Positions 1 to 15,435 are shown, counted from the first letter of the stretch. The stretch is DNA of 64,000 nucleotides from the human T2T-CHM13v2.0 reference genome, Homo sapiens (GCF_009914755.1 NC_060935.1); one strand, 5' to 3'. Made by a program: numbers and translations. The notes: generated by a model from the letters alone, not told the origin.

Positions 1-69
1 CTAGAAATGTGTCTCAAATCCCATATGAAATAAAATAGAATATACATTTAAATAATAAAAATGTTGTAG

Positions 70-404
<335 letters not shown>

Positions 405-527
405 TCTTACACCAACTTTTGTGGACAGCCATTTGGCATATATCAAAATTTAAAATGCTTAACCCTTGAACTAGCAATTCCACCTTTGTAATTATTGAGT
501 GACTCTAAATAGGCAAATACAGTGTTT

Positions 528-1275
<748 letters not shown>

Positions 1276-2071
1276 TAGATTAATGTACAAAGGTGTTAGT
1301 TGGGTCATTGTTTATAATAGCAAAATACTATAAACAACTGAAATATATTTTACTTCAGAAGGGAGGGGTTAAGGTTGCCTAAACAACCTATGACAAAGAG
1401 AAGTGATTTCTTTTAAGTTTTTTCAAAAACTTAAACCCAGGGGTCCCTCACTAAGTCTGGAGTATCAGGAAAATCCTTTTTGGGAAAGTGACAATAATCA
1501 AGTATATGTTTCAGGGAGGGAATGCTGGAGGGAAACAGTCCAAGCAGAGGAAATGGCATGGCTAAAGCCCTAGTGAAAAAGAGGCTAATGTGGCTGGAAT
1601 AGAGAGAGAACCAAGGAAGACTGGCTTCCTGAGATTTAAGGGATAGGTAAGGGCAGAGTAAGTAGTACCTTGTGGGATTTGGGACTTGATACTGGGGACA
1701 ATGGGAAGCTGTAGAGGGGTTTAAGTTTTTGCAGCACTACATCAGTGTAGTGTGGGATAAAAATTAAAAAAAAATTTTTTTTAAGTTTTTGCCGCAGATA
1801 TTTAGAATGACGGCTCTGGCTGCAGAATAAAGAAATAGGAACCCACAGTACACTACATAGCCTCCAAGTTCTTTGATGGTTTCAAGTGAAGAATATCAGG
1901 TTGTCAGGAATGTATCTGAAGCTTGGATTATTTAACATGCTGATTATTGTTGTATTTAAACAAAAAAAATTGATATGTTATTTTCAAATAATAAGAGATA
2001 CCTATAACTTGTATTACCTAATCTGACTCAACAAAGGATTTTTTTAATGAGAATTTTTAAACTGTTCTAGA

Positions 2072-2379
<308 letters not shown>

Positions 2380-2644
2380 TAGAATTGTTTTTATAAATAG
2401 GAAAGACTTTTCACGAGTTTTAAAAAATTAATATTCCATATATTAAGATGACAATTGAAGGACTTTGAATTAAAATAAAGCTAATTATTTTATTATTATT
2501 ATATTGTAAAATATTTAAATTTACCTTATTAATGTTCAATCAACTCAATTTGAATAAATAAATCTTTATCAAACAAACCTATTTTCAACTTAATTAATTG
2601 AGTTTCTTTAAACACTTAAATTGCATTTATAAATTCAATACATT

Positions 2645-2950
2645 TTCTTTTCTTTTTCTTTTTTTTTTTTTTTTGAGACGGAGTCTCACTCTGTCCCCCA
2701 GGCTGGAGTGTAGGGGTGTGATCTTGGCTCACTGCAAGCTCTGCTTCCTGGGTTCATGCCATTCTCCTGCCTCAGCCTCCCGAGTATCTGGACTACAGGC
2801 GCCCACCACCACACCCAGCTAATTTTGTTTTTGTATTTTTAGTAGAGACGGGGTTTCACCGTGTTAGCCAGGATGGTCTCGATCTCCTGATCTCGTGATC
2901 TGCCTGCCTCGGCCTCCCAAAGTTACAGGCGTGAGCCAGTGCGCCCAGCC
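2645..2950 (-). mobile_element. Alu (AluY-like)
   Basis: gcaagctc, gccattctcc and gttagccaggatggtc diagnostics. Confidence 0.9.
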
Positions 2951-4134
2951 CATTTTATTTGCTTTTAAGCACTTTAAATGGTTGGCCTCATAAGCAAAAC
3001 CTTTCTAAGTTCTTAAGTTCTTTTAAATATTGGAATACTATTTATAAACAGTAAAATTATTTTATAAGCCTAAAATCAATTACTCTGTTACATATTTTTA
3101 ATTGTGAATTGGAAGATCAAGTGTCAGATTATCTAAAATGCAAAGTTATCTAAAATTATAAATAGTACTTTTTAAGAAGACATGCCTAAATTAATATAAT
3201 ACTCAATTTATTTAAACACCACCTATCTCAAATACAACAAGAGTCTCTGAAAGTATCATTGGAAATACAGATTATCTGAGGTATGGTGTGACAATTCTGA
3301 TTCAGAGGTAGCAAGTTCTTAGAGTCTTTGGTTGTTGAGGCCTTTGATTTGTAACAGGAGGAGAAAAACATTTCATGGATGGTACAAATAAGACCATAGA
3401 AACTTGCAAACAGAATCTTTCTTTGATTACAAATGAAGTGAATAAATAGAAACATGAAAATCCTGGCTCCTCTGTGATCACAGAGCAGCTGATTTTTTCT
3501 GGGTTAAACTATAAACATAAAAACTATTTAAAAAATAAATGCACGTATTTGCTTCATTGTTATAGAAATACCTCTTAAATGTTCTAGATAGTGAAGATGT
3601 AAAGGTCATGAGTCCAAAACAGACTTTTGGTAAAAGGTAAAATATGCACCAAGAGAAAGAAAAGGAAGCAAATTCTCTGAGCAAAGGATTCACTACAGAG
3701 CTAGAATGTTAACGTGCTGCTGATGAGATCAAGATGTTTATCAAGTCTCTATCAGTTATGTCAAACTATCTCACTTATGTAATCAAGGTGACTAGGATAT
3801 AATTGCCAGAAGTTTACTGAATTACATTTTTAACTTTAGATTTTTTTATTTTATTTCTGAGATTTCCATTTCGTTCTTTTTTCTCGCTTTAGGGATTCAT
3901 TTCTCTGTTGAAATTGTTTCTCTTTCTATTCATTCATTTATATCTTCTCAAATTCCTTGAATACATTTATAGTAGTTTATTAATGTCCTTGTACACTAAT
4001 CCATCTGGGTCATTTGCTTTTATTGACCTTTCTTTCTCCTTTGATTTTTAGTCACGTTGCCTGTGTCATCTTAAATTTTTTAATTTTTAATTTCTGTCTG
4101 CAAGATATTGTTAAAAAAAACATAGACTCAATAT

Positions 4135-4255
4135 GTGCCTGTAGTCCCAACTACTTGGCAGGCTGAGGCAGGAAGATCACTTGAGACAAGGAGTTGGAGA
4201 CCATCCTGAGCAACATAGCGAGAGAACCTGTCTCAAAACAAAACAAAACAAAACA
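4135..4255 (+). mobile_element. Alu monomer (FLAM-like)
   Basis: Single monomer with (CAAAA)n tail. Confidence 0.8.
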
Positions 4256-4959
4256 TGCCACCAGCCAACCAAATTATGCACTGAAGTATATAATTTAACA
4301 CCCTCCTACCCCCGACCCGGGGCATGCCTTTTTTTTCTGTCAAGAATCTAAGGAGCTCATCACTTTGATTAAATCAATAGTTGAACTGGTCAGGAATGGG
4401 CTGCATCTTTAATTAGCTCCATCTCATCTTTGGTTTCAAATGTCTCGAGGAAAATACAGATTTTATGTATAATAGAGGGTTTCAATTTTATGCTCTGTCA
4501 CACGCTGAGCCAAAATCCTGCTGCTGGATCTTCCCGTCTTCCAAGAATGACTCAGTGTGTGGGGGCAACAGCACCTTAAGCTGACATACTCAACAAGGTT
4601 GAAAGGCTGAAGAGTCAGCCTGGGTGACAGAGCGAAGTGGCAGCTTACCCTGGCCACAAACCCCTACTGCTGCCACTTTCTTGTTCCCTTCTCCTCCAAT
4701 AAGGACTTTAAATACCAAATACATACAGATGATCCCTATATGGTTTTGATTTACTTCATTGTCTCTCTATTTACGAATCCAAGGAAACTGGGGTTACCAG
4801 CTCAGCAGAATGAAGTTGTTTATGGACCAGAGATTTTGTCTTGGGCTGCATATACCCAGAACCATTGTTCTTGAGCCAGTAAGGACCACTCTTAGCTCTT
4901 TTAAAATGATGTGATAGATTGAATTATTATTCCAATGCTTCATGAACTTCCTGTATTAG

Positions 4960-5395
4960 CATTCTCCATCTATATCCTTACCACATAACTCTTCAGTGTC
5001 TTTCATATGACTAAGCAGAGGATACATCTCCTCCTCCCAACTAATGATGTGCTTGGTCTTGTAACTTGCTTTGGTCAATGAGATGTGGGCCAAAGTGACA
5101 ACTGTGCCAGTTCCAGGCCAACATCTCAAGGGGCATCTTACGTTTCTGCTTACTTTCTTAGACTCCAGTGACCCTTCATGAGAAGAACATGTCTGCGGTA
5201 GCCACTGGTCCAAGGAGAATGAGGAAATATGTAGAGCAGCTTTGAACCTAATCAGCAGTCTGAAGTCAAGCCCAGTGGATTCCAGCCAAGCACAGCAGAA
5301 CCACAGCCAATCTATAGAACTATGAGAGAGGAAATAAATATTTGTGGCTATAAGCTATTGAGAGTTTAAACTTGATTGATAGGCAGCAAAAACTT
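4960..5395 (+). mobile_element. MLT1-type MaLR LTR
   Basis: ttgctttggtcaatgagatgtg...aaataaatatttgtggctataagc...cagcaaaaact terminus. Confidence 0.65.
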
Positions 5396-5424
5396 TCAAA
5401 TCAATTGTTCTTATTAAACATTTT

Positions 5425-5754
<330 letters not shown>

Positions 5755-6154
5755 TGATCTGGCTCTATTGGATTGACTAGATAACTCATATTTACTGCCT
5801 GATTGACTTGGACATTATTTTTAGAGCCATATTTGGCTATCTCCACAATTATTATGATCATTCTAATAAAAGATTTAAAATAACTGCAATAATCAGGATG
5901 TTTGGATTTTGTGTATTTAATTCTAAGGCAGTTTAATAAGTATGCATTCAGGATAAAAGTTTCTCTCAATTGTTTTACATTTTTCCTATTGTTAAAAAGG
6001 CTTTTGAAATAATGGTTTTATCTCAGAATCAAAAGGCATTATACTAACTGAACATCTACCAGGCATGTGGAAAGCATAAATATATACATATATAATCTCT
6101 TTATTTAAAAACAAATTATTTTTAAGATTTGTTAATACTTTCACAAGCCAGAAA

Positions 6155-6416
6155 GTTTTTTTTGTTTTTCTTTCTTTTTTTTTTTTTTACTGCAACCTCT
6201 GCCTGCAGAGTTCAAGTGATTCTCCTGCCTCAGACTCCTGAGTAGCTGGGACTACAGGCGTGTGCCACCACACCTGGCTAATTTTTGTATTTTTTAATTA
6301 GAGACAGGGTTTCACCATATTGGTCAGGCTGGTCTTGAACTCCTGACCTCAGGTGATCCGCTGGCCTCTTCCTCCCAAAGTGCTGGGATTACAGGCGTGA
6401 GCCACCGTGCCCAGCC
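6155..6416 (-). mobile_element. Alu, lacking part of the 3' end
   Basis: Poly-T joined directly to actgcaacctc. Confidence 0.88.
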
Positions 6417-6849
6417 TCTTAAGGTAAAAAGTTTAAAACACTAAAAAGAGAATTAACTGAAAAGATTTCTTCTTGCCCTGTCTTCTGGTTGCCTGGTCCA
6501 CAGGCAATTATTGTTACCAGCTCTTTTTTATATTCTTCCAGTGATATTACATGTACATACAAATACATATTTATATGTATATATTTTTTCCTTGAATTTT
6601 TTTTAGTTAATGCAGTACTGGAATATCATATAAACAGTTCTGTATCTTGCCTTTATTTTTTTACTTATTCTTTCAATGAATTTTTTTTTTAAATGGTTGC
6701 TTTGTGGTATAGTTGAAACGAAATATATCTTAAAGATTGCTCTACAGTAGTACAGTTTCTTCATTCTTTTATTTTATTTCCCCGTGTTTGAGTAAATTGG
6801 TCTTTAGTGGGATTGCTGGGTCAAATATACAATGGTAAAGTCTCACAAT

Positions 6850-7035
6850 AGAGTATGACATCTCATTCCGTCTTTATAACAACATTACGAGGTGAGAGTT
6901 GTCATTATTTTCTTTTTAAATATGGGAAAACGGAAGCTTACAGAAGTTAAATAACTTTCTAAGAGTCATGAGGCTAAGAAGCTGCTGCAGAGACAATCAA
7001 TCATTTCATCAGACTTCATGCTTTAAACCACTATT
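6850..7035 (-). mobile_element. MIR
   Basis: ggaaaacggaagcttacagaagttaaataactttctaag core. Confidence 0.6.
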
Positions 7036-7374
7036 CTGATTATGGTTTCTCCATGTAATAATCCATGTATACATCCCTTTGGTTTAACTCTCTTGTCTGA
7101 TAACAGGCTCTATGCTTGCCTTGGCTTAAGTTATTTCCTGGCACAGGACAGTTCTGGAGAAAGCAGATGAACCAGGCCTCTCAAGCAAAAACCAGTAGCA
7201 GAAAACCACTTATGCGATGAGAATGAGCTCTTTTATTTTGACTCACAGAAACCACCACCAATTTGGGAAATGAATTTTACTTTTTTTTCCTTTTTTAAAC
7301 TTTTTTTTTTTATATAGAGATGGGGTCTCCTTGCCCAGCCAGGAAATGAATTTTAGAATATAATGCAGTTATAA

Positions 7375-7691
<317 letters not shown>

Positions 7692-7941
7692 AACTAATTC
7701 ACATAAGTTTTAGAATAAACTTTATAACCAAACCCATATGTCAAAATAACATATTTGACAAAGAAGAAGCAACAACAAAAAATGGAGATTCAAACCATGG
7801 CAGTGTGTAAAATAAACAATCTTACAACCCCCACCAAATGTATGATATACAGTACATTTGCTTTTTCCCCATGACACTTCCACTCTGTCACCCTTCATTA
7901 AGCAACATTATATTTTACTTAGGCACACAAAGCAGACAACT

Positions 7942-8278
7942 CTTTTTTTTTTTTTTTTTTGAGATGAGTCGTGCTTTGTTGCCCAGGCTGGAGTGCTGGA
8001 GTGCAGGTGGCGTGATCTCAGCTCACTGCAACCTCTGCCTCTTAAGTTCGGGTTCAAGTGATTCTCCTGCCTCAGCCTCCAAGTAGCTGGAATTACAGGC
8101 GTTCACCACCGCGCCCAGCTAATTTTTTTTGTATTTTTAGTAGAGACGGGGTTTTGCCATGTTGGCAAATAATATTTACCTGTTAGATGTTATATATTTG
8201 CCTGACCTCAAGTGATCTGCCTGCCTAGGCCTCCCAAGGTGCTGGGATGACAGGCATGAGTCACGGTGCCCCACCCTG
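7942..8278 (-). mobile_element. Alu with an internal non-Alu patch
   Basis: Reverse dimer with an AT-rich patch at 8167-8200. Confidence 0.88.
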
Positions 8279-8424
8279 GTTTAATTTCTTATCTGACCCA
8301 GTTGACTATGAGCTCCTTGAGAGCATGGGCCACACTGAATGAACAAATGAAAGAACGAACAGAAGCAACTTTTTTCCCAAGAATATCTTTTATTCTCTTT
8401 CTTTCTCTAAATACGTGTATACAA

Positions 8425-8426
<2 letters not shown>

Positions 8427-8454
<28 letters not shown>
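8427..8454. repeat. (CA)n microsatellite
   Basis: About 14 CA units. Confidence 0.95.
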
Positions 8455-8460
<6 letters not shown>

Positions 8461-9231
8461 TCCAGAGGATACTACACATTTTATAAATAAAATTTATGAA
8501 ATAATATTTTTGGAAGTTTTCTATTAGCTTAGACTTTTTATTCTCTATTTCTAGAGAGAGACCCCAGATAATAATATATAATAATGCAGATTATTATGTG
8601 TACAATTAGTTATGAATTCATGTTTTGGAGGTGAGTATTCATTTGCTGCTTGTTCTTTTGCTTTCTTCATCTATATATGGAAGGAGATGCCAATAGATAA
8701 GATAAATATATGGGAGCAAAACTTAAAATTAAGAACTATTGTTCACTAAATCATATTTTTCTGCAAATGAGTGAAAAGATTGCTGGCAAAATATATTTTC
8801 TAAGTCTTAAAATGATGAACTGGTTTTTGGAATTTGGTTATCACGCATTTGAATTGTGAGCCAGGGTCCTTTCCTGATAATCACTATCTCTAAACTCCAT
8901 AATACCAAGTTCAACCTCCACCCTAAGTTCTCAACTAATGCTGCATTTGTCTATTCATACTGTTGGAGGATAACAATGGACAAGCAAGGTGAAATTGAAA
9001 TCAGGGCCTGGATCAGTCAACAAATATTCATTGAATATCTACTACATGCCAATTTTAGAGCCTGGTTTAGAGCCAACATTAGAATGGCTTGATTCTTGCC
9101 GTAGCTATCTTTCTAAGCCACAGACTTTAAAAACAAATGCTTTGAATTATACAGCATCTCGACTGTTCTTTAAAGGAAGTCCATGCACATGAAAGGATGA
9201 ATGTGACACCTTGAGTTTAAAATGCAAGTTA

Positions 9232-9630
<399 letters not shown>

Positions 9631-9877
9631 TTACACTTCCCAGTCAGAAAGGTGGTGAAATTAAAGAAACAAAAAAAAAGCTTTACATATTGTGTTTATG
9701 TGTACGTTCATTGAAAAAGGCATGGAAAGATAGATATTAAACTGTGAGCAGTGGTTACCTTATGGCCAAGGGCAGAGAGATGGAATTTTCATTTTTTCTT
9801 TGTGTACTTGTATTTGAATTCTTTAAAATAAGCATGCATTACTTTTGTGGTTATAAAACATGTAAATAATAATGTTT

Positions 9878-10175
9878 CAGGGAGCAGTGGCTCACTCCTG
9901 TAATCCCAACACTTTGGGAGGCCAAAGTGGGAGGATTGCTTCAGCCCAGGAGTTCAAGACCAGCCTGGAAAACATGCCGAAACCCCATCTTCTATCAGAA
10001 ATACAAAAAACTAGCCGGGTGTAGTGGTGCAGGCCTGTGGTCCCAGCTACTCAGGAGGCTGAGGTAGGAGGATCCCTTGAGCTCTGGAGGCAGAGGTTGC
10101 GGTGACCTGAGGTCGCACCACTGCACTCTCCAGCCTGGGTGACAGAGTGAGACCCTGTCTCCAAAAATAAAAAAA
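9878..10175 (+). mobile_element. Alu (AluJ-like)
   Basis: ggaggattgcttcagcccaggag J-type left arm. Confidence 0.9.
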
Positions 10176-10363
10176 GTTTATATAAGTAAACTACATATTT
10201 CTAGCAAGAATAAATAAATGTATATGCATATATAACAGGTAAATATTATTGCTGCATATTATCTACATACACTGGGTTTACATATAAAAGGGGGAAATTC
10301 TACCTGCTGACAGTGCTCGATAACTATTTGATTTTAAAGGGATTGGCTTTCAATTTTCATTTC

Positions 10364-10710
10364 CTTTTTTTTTTTTTTGAGACGCAGTCTGGCTCTGTCG
10401 CCCAGGCTGGAGGGCAGTAGCATGATCTCAGCTCAGTGCAACCTCTGGGGCCCAAGTGATCCTCCCACCTCAGCCTCCCACAGTGCTGGGATTACAAGCG
10501 TGAGCCACAGCGCCCAGTCTATAAATTTTAAAGGAGTAGCTGGGATTACAGGCATACACCACCACACCCAGCTAATTTTTTGTATTTATGGTAGAAGACG
10601 GGGTTTTGCCATGTTGGCCAGGCTGGTCTTGAACTCCTGAGCTCAAGCAATCTGCCCTCCTGGGCCTCCCAAAGTGCTGGGATTACAGGCATGAGCCATG
10701 GCACCTGGCC
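10364..10710 (-). mobile_element. Alu monomer (10364-10518) plus partial Alu (10533-10710)
   Basis: Two reverse Alu segments separated by a short AT-rich spacer. Confidence 0.85.
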
Positions 10711-11974
10711 TATGTCCTTTCTACTTTTGTGTTTAGTGTCCACATTTCTGTCTTTCTAATGATATAAAAAATTTACATGAGAAGAGTTATTGATTAGATA
10801 CAACAGAGGTTTCTAAAATTTAAATTAAATTAAAAATTTAATTAATTTATTTTTTGATAATTATTACCACTCCCAGGCTGAGAGATTTTTTTAAAGGAGG
10901 AATTAACTCCTCTTGTAAATACTCTGTGAACCAAGGGAAGGGTATAGCTATTTTCCTCAAAAACAATGGAAATGCTTCATATTCTGCAGAAACACAATAA
11001 TTAGTGGATTTGATTATTGAAAATAGTCCTGGGATACCACTGGTTCCTGGACAAATGTAGTACTTTTTCACATTACTACATGAGGTTATGATTGAGGTAT
11101 ACATTTCATGAAGGTATGGCCAAGGGGCTATCTTGTTCACCACTGCACCTAGCATAGAGATAGGAAATAACCGGGGCTTAATGTTGGTGGAAAGTAAATT
11201 CGTTGCATATTCTGATGAAAGAACTGGTAGTGAAAATCCATGAGAGAAGTTTTGTGCACTTATTTGTATTTAAAATTCCAGTTATCTAGTTTGTGCCCTG
11301 TCCTGAGTATTTAAAGAAAAAATGTGCTTGTTACAGTACAGCACATGATTTGAATAAGATTGCTAGTCTCTTGAGTTTTCCATGTCATTTGTGGGGACAT
11401 AAGTTTGTTGATTTATGTGCTAAGATATATTAATTGTTTACTCTGTATATAGTCTGTGAGGGATACAATAAAAGCCAAATCAGAGCTTTGGAGCCTTTTT
11501 TTTTTTTTTTTTAGAAGTTCACTTTGCTGTTAAAAGAAAGTTAAAAACTGTAAAAGGCAGACATTTCTATAATGAAATTCACCTTTAAAATGAAAAGAAA
11601 ATGAACAGAGGACTATTTCACCCTGGTCATTTCCCTCCAGAAAATAAAACCTTTGGACGTTATTAGTTGAAACTTTCTAGTATATCTAAATAGCACCACT
11701 AACAATAGTGTGAAATTATTGAGATTATAAATACTTATTTAACAATACTTCTTAGCTTCAAATGAGGGAAGACCAGTTTTCCTCCCCAGGTTTTACTTTT
11801 CATTCATGTGTGATATCATGCTAAGAAAAAAATGGAAAATACATGTCAAAACTTAACCTTTGCAGCACACTTTATGCAGTTCATTATGTTTCAATTAGAC
11901 AACAATAAAGATGCTAAAAAACTCAAAGAAACAAAAAGAAGAAATGAAAATGTTACTTTATATGGGACAAGTAA

Positions 11975-12205
<231 letters not shown>

Positions 12206-12242
12206 TAGTAGCCTACGGAAGGCAATGGAAAAGCAATTTTAG

Positions 12243-12545
<303 letters not shown>

Positions 12546-13790
12546 CGTAATTGACACATTTTAAAAGCTTATATTTAGGTCAATATCGCTACTCAATGAA
12601 AAAATTACGTTTGGTTTGTGTTATGTCGCAGCTCCACGGTGAACTATTTGAAAGCTTTGTGTGTTTTACGAGCATCATTTCCAACCTGGGAAGACAGCCC
12701 CACAAGTTTAAAACAAAAGTGCATGCGCGTGTGTGTTTTCCTACGTGCCCCAAATAGTGTATGCTAAGGAGGTTCTGAAATGCAGATTCACAGTGGAGAT
12801 ATTACGGTCCAGCTGGGTGTGGCTGTTGTGAAAAACTCTTCCTAGAGCTCATAGTGGGCTCCTTAAAGAGCTCCTCCAAACCCCCAAGGAAAAAGCCTTT
12901 CACACTTAATCTCTAAATAAAAGGCATTTTCCTGGGGATTCAAGTCAGGCAAGCTCGCCTAGGTATTTTTGTGGGTGTGGGAAGCGGCGTGCTGGAAGAA
13001 ACTCTCCAGCAGTGCTTTCCGAAGTTCCGGGTAAATTGGGCACCTCCCTCCCACTTCCCAGTTCCCAGAGGGGCAGCTGGACCCGCCCTGGCTCTCCAGA
13101 GCACCTGAGACGCTAAGGGAGAGGGGGTGCGGCGGCAGAAAGCCTCCGCTCCCTCCAACCCCCGCTCCCTCCAACCCCCACCGTCGGTAGCAGCTACGGG
13201 GCAGGCGGGAGGAAAGATGATTGACAGGCCCGCTCAGTGGCTGGGAAGCTAGAGGGAGGGACGAAGAGGGGACGGCTGAGTCTTCTTCTCAAAGTGGTTG
13301 GGTTGGGCCGCGGGAACTGCCTTCCCAGGCCTATTGGCTTCCCTGAATGGGTTGTTATGGTAACAAATGACCGAACAGTCCCTTATGAATCGGCCAATGA
13401 GAAGGGCCGTCTTTTCCAGTGCGCCTCCGAGCAGTAGATGTTGCGAAAGTCCGGGTAGAGGCCGGAGAAGAAGGCGGTGCCAGGGCGTCCTGCGGAAGGG
13501 CCGGGGGCGGGGCTCGTGACGTTGCCGGGACAGCCAATCACGCCTGGTTTTATCAGTGGCCCCGCCCTTTTACCGCACATTTCCCCTCCCCTAGTTCATT
13601 TCGCACGACGCAGCGGTTGGGAACACAGACATTTTCGGAGCTGGAGCCGCCACTGCCGCCGCCATTTTGTGTCTGTGGAGAAAGAAGCTTCTGTGGCGGC
13701 TGGAAGTGGACGGAGATCACCCGCGAGACGGCGGCGTTTCATACCCGAGGTTCCCCCTGTGTCGTCCCCCATCCCCCCTCCGCGGTCAGC

Positions 13791-13799
13791 ATGTGGTGA
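13791..13799 (+). other. Two-codon uORF (Met-Trp-stop) in PCF11 leader
   Basis: agcATG TGG TGA, 121 nt upstream of the main ATG. Confidence 0.7.
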
Positions 13800-13911
13800 A
13801 GCCGGAGCCGCGAGAGAGCCGGGGAGAGGAAGAGGAGTCGGAAGGGAGGCGGGGTATCCAGAGCGGCTTCAGCTTCAGCTGCAGCGGACCTCGGAGGGGG
13901 GCCGCGGCGCA

Positions 13912-14103
13912 ATGTCAGAGCAGACGCCGGCCGAGGCCGGTGCTGCGGGGGCCCGGGAGGACGCCTGTCGGGATTATCAGTCATCGCTCGAAGACCTGAC
14001 CTTCAATAGCAAGCCGCACATCAATATGCTGACCATTCTAGCCGAGGAGAACCTGCCCTTCGCCAAGGAGATCGTCTCTCTCATCGAGGCCCAAACCGCC
14101 AAG
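13912..14103 (+). CDS. PCF11: PCF11 coding exon 1 (start of CID)
   Basis: gcaATGt start; 192 nt, MSEQ...QTAK; donor AAG|gttttt. Confidence 0.96.
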
Positions 14104-15259
14104 GTTTTTATACACCCCGCAGCCTCCTATTACTTCTAATACTCCCTGATTTTAGTGTCAGCCTCATCCCAGGTCTCGCTTCCATCCCAAGGGGGACAGT
14201 GTTCCTTCTCTCCAACCCCCCCACCCCCCTCCAACTCAGGCTCGGTCTTTGGCCCAGGCTTCGAGCATGGGCCTCTGGGGGGGAGGGAGTGGGGAGGATA
14301 AAGGGTGGAGTCCCACTTCCGCTTTCCAACTCCCTTTTTAGGCCACCGCATTGTATATCCCGACACACACACGCTTTGAATAGAGCCCTTTGGGGTGGGG
14401 GAGACTTAAAGGCAGTTTGTGGTTTGGGGAAGTAAGAGTTAACATAAGCCATTTTAATTCCCTGGGAAGTGGGAGAGTGGGTCTCCCATTTTCCCCAAGC
14501 ACCCTTTTTGGTAATTGTGTTCTGTGGGTTGGAAGGAGGTGAAGGGGGACCTGGGAGCGAGCTGTTGGTGGGTGGGAATAGGGATTTGGCCCCGAGTGGA
14601 GCAGCCGCCTGTTAGGAGCCCAACATGGCGCCTGAAAAGCACATGATGCGAAAGGGAAGAGAGGAGAATCCATTCCCTGCCAGCCAGGCAGCTGCTCACT
14701 CCCGTCAGCCCCATTTTGGGGTGGGGGCGGCTAGATAAAACTTTTATTCTCCTATTGGAGGGTCTAATTTGTCCCAAAATAGGGGCAAGTGGGGTTGAGG
14801 GTGGGGTTTGGGTGGGGGGAGGAGATCTTATCCAACCTGTAGGTGGAGAACTGGCCCAGAGGGTAACAAGTACTTGCAGTTTCTCTGAAAAGTTCAGTCC
14901 CTCCTCCTCTTCCTTTTCTCTTTTTCTCCCTTCCCTGATAGCGAAGGAGTGTTTTTCTTTACCCCTTGACAGAAGTGGTCCTCTGCCACCTTATATTTCC
15001 CTGTAGTCCTCCTCTTCTGTGGATTCATATGGGAGCGATATGTCATTTAAGTAAAGTTACTGTTCAACTTAGTTACAATGAGTTTTAATAGCGTCCCAGT
15101 GCTACATTTTATTTTTCAAGCTTGTACTCACGGTTTAGTTTTTTCTAGTTGTTAGTGATTGCAATTATCAGGATGAGCCTCCTTTTAGCAGAGTGAACCC
15201 CTTTTTAAAGGCCACTTTAACAACAACCACCAATATATTGTTTAGAGACGGTTTCTGTC

Positions 15260-15435
15260 TAGTGTAAAACTTGAGTGGTCTGACTCTAATAAATGGTTTT
15301 GAAATGTGTGACTGGTATTATAAAATTTGTGAATAAAACATATAAAATATGTATTTGTCTTTTTTATTTACCTTTGTAAGGTGTAGAATCTGTTTCCAAG
15401 ACTTATTTTTATCTACGTGGTTGTGTGTTTTAAAC
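15260..15435 (+). terminator. PCF11 intron-1 intronic poly(A) site cluster
   Basis: TGTA 15263; AATAAA 15288 and 15332; TATAAA 15319 and 15341; downstream U/GU-rich tracts 15349-15370 and 15417-15431. Fits the known autoregulatory IPA of PCF11. Confidence 0.85.

Larger units (their letters stand above)
13050..14150. promoter_or_regulatory. CpG-island promoter of PCF11
   Basis: High CpG/GC content. CCAAT at 13394 and 13534, ATTGG at 13333, GC box 13504-13513, TGACGT 13517, X-box-like GTTGTTATGGTAAC 13351-13364, YY1 GCCGCCATTTTG 13658-13669; no TATA seen. Confidence 0.9.

Noticed and set aside
4548-4554. AP-1 site TGACTCA as an upstream enhancer
   Set aside because: A lone 7-mer is expected several times by chance in 64 kb.
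13237-15006. Numerous overlapping ORFs in the PCF11 CpG island
   Set aside because: Expected from GC-richness; only the frame continuous with PCF11 has support.
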